This document shows, piece by piece, positions 23,137 through 24,991 of a stretch of DNA of 24,991 bases. This stretch comes from a virus (Duplodnaviria; Heunggongvirae; Uroviricota; Caudoviricetes). Within the stretch, counting starts at the first letter, position 1, and the number at the start of each line of letters is the position of its first letter. The notes below the pieces were generated by a model. It was not told where the DNA came from. It saw nothing but the letters and a program-made list of their open reading frames with translations, and ran no database searches. Position numbers and translations under genes: made by a program. The stretch lies in the IMG/VR virus record IMGVR_UViG_2706794664_000002; one strand, 5' to 3'.

Positions 23137-23656
23137 TCAGCAACCCCGGTATCAGTTCATCCAGCGCGGCTGCTTTGTTCATGGCTTTGATGATATCCCG
23201 TTTCAGGAAATCAACATGTCGGTTTTCCAGTTCCGGAAAACGCCGCTGCACCGACAGGGGGATCCCGTCGAGAATACTGGCAATTTCACCTGCGATCCGC
23301 GACAGCACGAAAGTACAGAATGCGGTTTCCACCACTTCAGCGGAGTCTCTGGCATTTTTCAGCTCCTGTGCGTCGGCCTGCGCACGCGTAAGTCGATGGC
23401 GTTCGTACTCAATAGTCCCTGGCTGGAGATCTGTCTCGCTGGCCTGCCGCAGTTCTTCAACTTCCCGGCGCAGCTTTTCGTTCTCAATTTCAGCATCCCT
23501 TTCGGCATACCATCTTATAACGGCGGCAGAGTCATAAAGCACCTCATTACCCTTGCCACCGCCTCGCAGAACGGGCATTCCCTGTTCCTGCCAGTTCTGA
23601 ATGGTACGGATACTCGCACCGAAAATGTCAGCCAGCTGCTTTTTGTTGACTTCCAT
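23111..23656 (-). CDS. nu1: Terminase small subunit Nu1
   Basis: 181-aa ORF MEVNKKQLADIFGASIRTIQNWQEQGMPVLRGGGKGNEVLYDSAAVIRWYAERDAEIENEKLRRE... (winged-helix DNA-binding N-terminus). Confidence 0.93.
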
Positions 23657-23669
23657 TGTTCATTCCACG

Positions 23670-23880
23670 GACAAAAACAGAGAAAGGAAACGACAGAGGC
23701 CAAAAAGCCCGTTTTCAGCACCTGTCGTTTCCTTTCTTTTCAGGGGGTGTTTTAAATAAAAACATTAGGTTACGGCGAAGAAGAACGGAAACGCCTTAAA
23801 CCGGAAAATTGTCATAAATAGCGAAAACCCGCGCGCCTTCCGCCCCGTAACCTGTCGGATCGCCGGAAAGGACCCGCAAA
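23670..23880 (-). promoter_or_regulatory. cos DNA packaging site (cosB next to nu1, cosN nicking region about 23834-23845, cosQ-side right-end sequence to about 23880)
   Basis: In lambda orientation the sequence reads ...TTCCGGCGATCCGACAGGTTACG / GGGCGGAAGGCG / CGCGGGTTTTCGCTATTTATGACAATTTTCCGGTTTAAGGCGTTTCCGTTCTTCTTCG..., i.e. the lambda right end joined to the lambda left end, apart from the central 6 nt of cosN and a few SNPs. Confidence 0.75.
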
Positions 23881-23881
23881 A

Positions 23882-23896
23882 TGATAATAATTATCA
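23882..23896. promoter_or_regulatory. Perfect 7-1-7 palindrome TGATAAT-A-ATTATCA (Fur-box-like)
   Basis: Exact inverted repeat at 23882-23896 matching the 7-1-7 Fur-box core consensus TGATAATnATTATCA; about 150 bp upstream of the plus-strand DUF3950 gene and just outside cos. Confidence 0.3.
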
Positions 23897-24044
23897 TCTA
23901 CATGTCACAACGTGCATCTACGCCATCAAACCACGTCAAATAATCAATTATGACGCAGGTATCGTATTAATTGATCTGCATCAACTTAACGTAAAAACAA
24001 CTTCAGACAATACAAATCAGCGACACTGAATACAGGGCAACCTC

Positions 24045-24278
24045 ATGTCAACGAAGAACAGAACCCGCAGAACAACAACCCGCAACATCCGCTTTCCTAA
24101 CCAAATGATTGAACAAATTAACATCGCTCTTGTTCAAAAAGGGTCCGGGAATTTCTCAGCCTGGGTCATTGAAGCCTGCCGCCGGAGACTGTGCTCAGAA
24201 AAAAGAGTTTCGCCTGAAGCAAACAAAGAAAAGAGTGACATTACTGAATTGCTCAGAAAACAGGTTAGACCAGATTGA
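24045..24278 (+). CDS. Small DUF3950-type (YnfO/YlcI-like) prophage protein, function unknown
   Basis: 77-aa ORF MSTKNRTRRTTTRNIRFPNQMIEQINIALVQKGSGNFSAWVIEACRRRL... on the strand opposite the late genes; resembles the cos-proximal small proteins of E. coli cryptic prophages (recalled, not searched). Confidence 0.6.
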   Translation: MSTKNRTRRTTTRNIRFPNQMIEQINIALVQKGSGNFSAWVIEACRRRLCSEKRVSPEANKEKSDITELLRKQVRPD

Positions 24279-24320
24279 AGCAATTTAGATAATCGTGCAG
24301 ACTACGCCCCCTCATATCAC

Positions 24321-24746
24321 ATGGAAGGTACTACAATGGCTCAGGTTGCCATTTTTAAACAAATATTCGATAAAGTGCGAAATAATTTAAACTATCACTG
24401 GTTTTATTCTGAACTAAAACGTCACAATGTCTCACATTACATTTACTATTTAGCCACAGAGAATATTCATCTTGTTCTTGAAAACGATAATACGGTTTTA
24501 ATAAAAGGACAGGGTAAGGTTGTAAATGTAAGATTTTCAAAAAATAAATGCCTTATAGAAGCCACCTTAAAAGGATTCAAATCAGGAGAGTTATCATTTT
24601 ACGAATACAGGAAAAATCTTGCTACAGCAGGGGTTTTCAGATGGATTACAAATATCCACGAAAACAAAAGGTATTACTATACCTTTGATAATTCATTACT
24701 CTTTACTGAGAACATACAGAACACTACACAAATATTTCCGCACTAA
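24321..24746 (+). CDS. DUF1398-type (YdfO/YbcV-like) prophage protein, function unknown
   Basis: 141-aa ORF; core ...[58 protein letters not shown]...[28 protein letters not shown]... True start may be the second Met (24336). Confidence 0.6.
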   Translation: MEGTTMAQVAIFKQIFDKVRNNLNYHWFYSELKRHNVSHYIYYLATENIHLVLENDNTVLIKGQGKVVNVRFSKNKCLIEATLKGFKSGELSFYEYRKNLATAGVFRWITNIHENKRYYYTFDNSLLFTENIQNTTQIFPH

Positions 24747-24747
24747 A

Positions 24748-24951
24748 TCATAACGTCCGGTTTCTTCCGTGCCAGAACCGGACTCGCTGGCATGATGAAA
24801 TATGTGTACCCGGTAACCCCGGTGTGCATCGTTTTTGATTATTCCCGCACACTCGCGCAGAAGGAGTTCCCCGTCGGGCTACGGTCTCTGTTAATACGGG
24901 AATACGGCGACGATTGGATTTGCCCCTATATTTCCAGACATCTGTTATCAC
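24748..24951 (-). CDS. Hypothetical small basic protein (67 aa); may be non-coding
   Basis: Only an ORF on the track (MITDVWKYRGKSNRRRIPVLTETVARRG...); no recognisable domain and no strong Shine-Dalgarno identified. Confidence 0.15.
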   Translation of the reverse strand: MITDVWKYRGKSNRRRIPVLTETVARRGTPSARVCGNNQKRCTPGLPGTHISSCQRVRFWHGRNRTL

Positions 24952-24991
24952 TTAACCCATTACAAGCCCGCTGCCGCAGATATTCCCGTGG

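Noticed and set aside
24755-24783. 8-bp stem (GTCCGGTT / AACCGGAC) with a 13-nt loop just after the DUF1398 gene
   Set aside because: No U tract follows on either strand, so it is not a canonical intrinsic terminator; possibly an mRNA 3' stabiliser, but this cannot be supported from sequence alone.
24864-24873. GAGTTCCCCG, identical to the first 10 nt of the E. coli type I-E CRISPR repeat
   Set aside because: Only a 10-nt match, the rest of the 29-nt repeat is absent, and there are no tandem copies or spacers; a chance match.

Overview
This window is a lambda-type (lambdoid) phage or prophage segment, almost colinear with coliphage lambda but read in reverse, so the whole morphogenesis operon lies on the minus strand. 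From high to low coordinate it contains: two small plus-strand accessory genes beside cos (DUF1398/YdfO-like and DUF3950/YnfO-like); an internal cos site; nu1-A-W-B-C(nu3)-D-E-FI-FII-Z-U-V-G/G-T-H-M-L-K-I-J; the lom moron; the side tail fibre gene stf; and a frame-disrupted tfa. Lambda-like sequence ends at about 833. Positions 86-832 are AT-rich and ORF-poor, and positions 1-85 are the terminus of an IS1 element that runs off the window. Ten runs of N (255-288 nt each) interrupt stf, lom, J, K, H, Z, C, W/B and A; reading frames are not preserved across them, so gene boundaries near them are approximate. I found no large novel gene system. The items worth a second look are the disrupted tfa, the mosaic stf, a possible small transcription unit in the AT-rich junction, a cosN core that differs from the lambda sequence I recall, and a Fur-box-like palindrome beside cos. 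All homology statements come from reading the translations and recalling lambda proteins; no database search was run.
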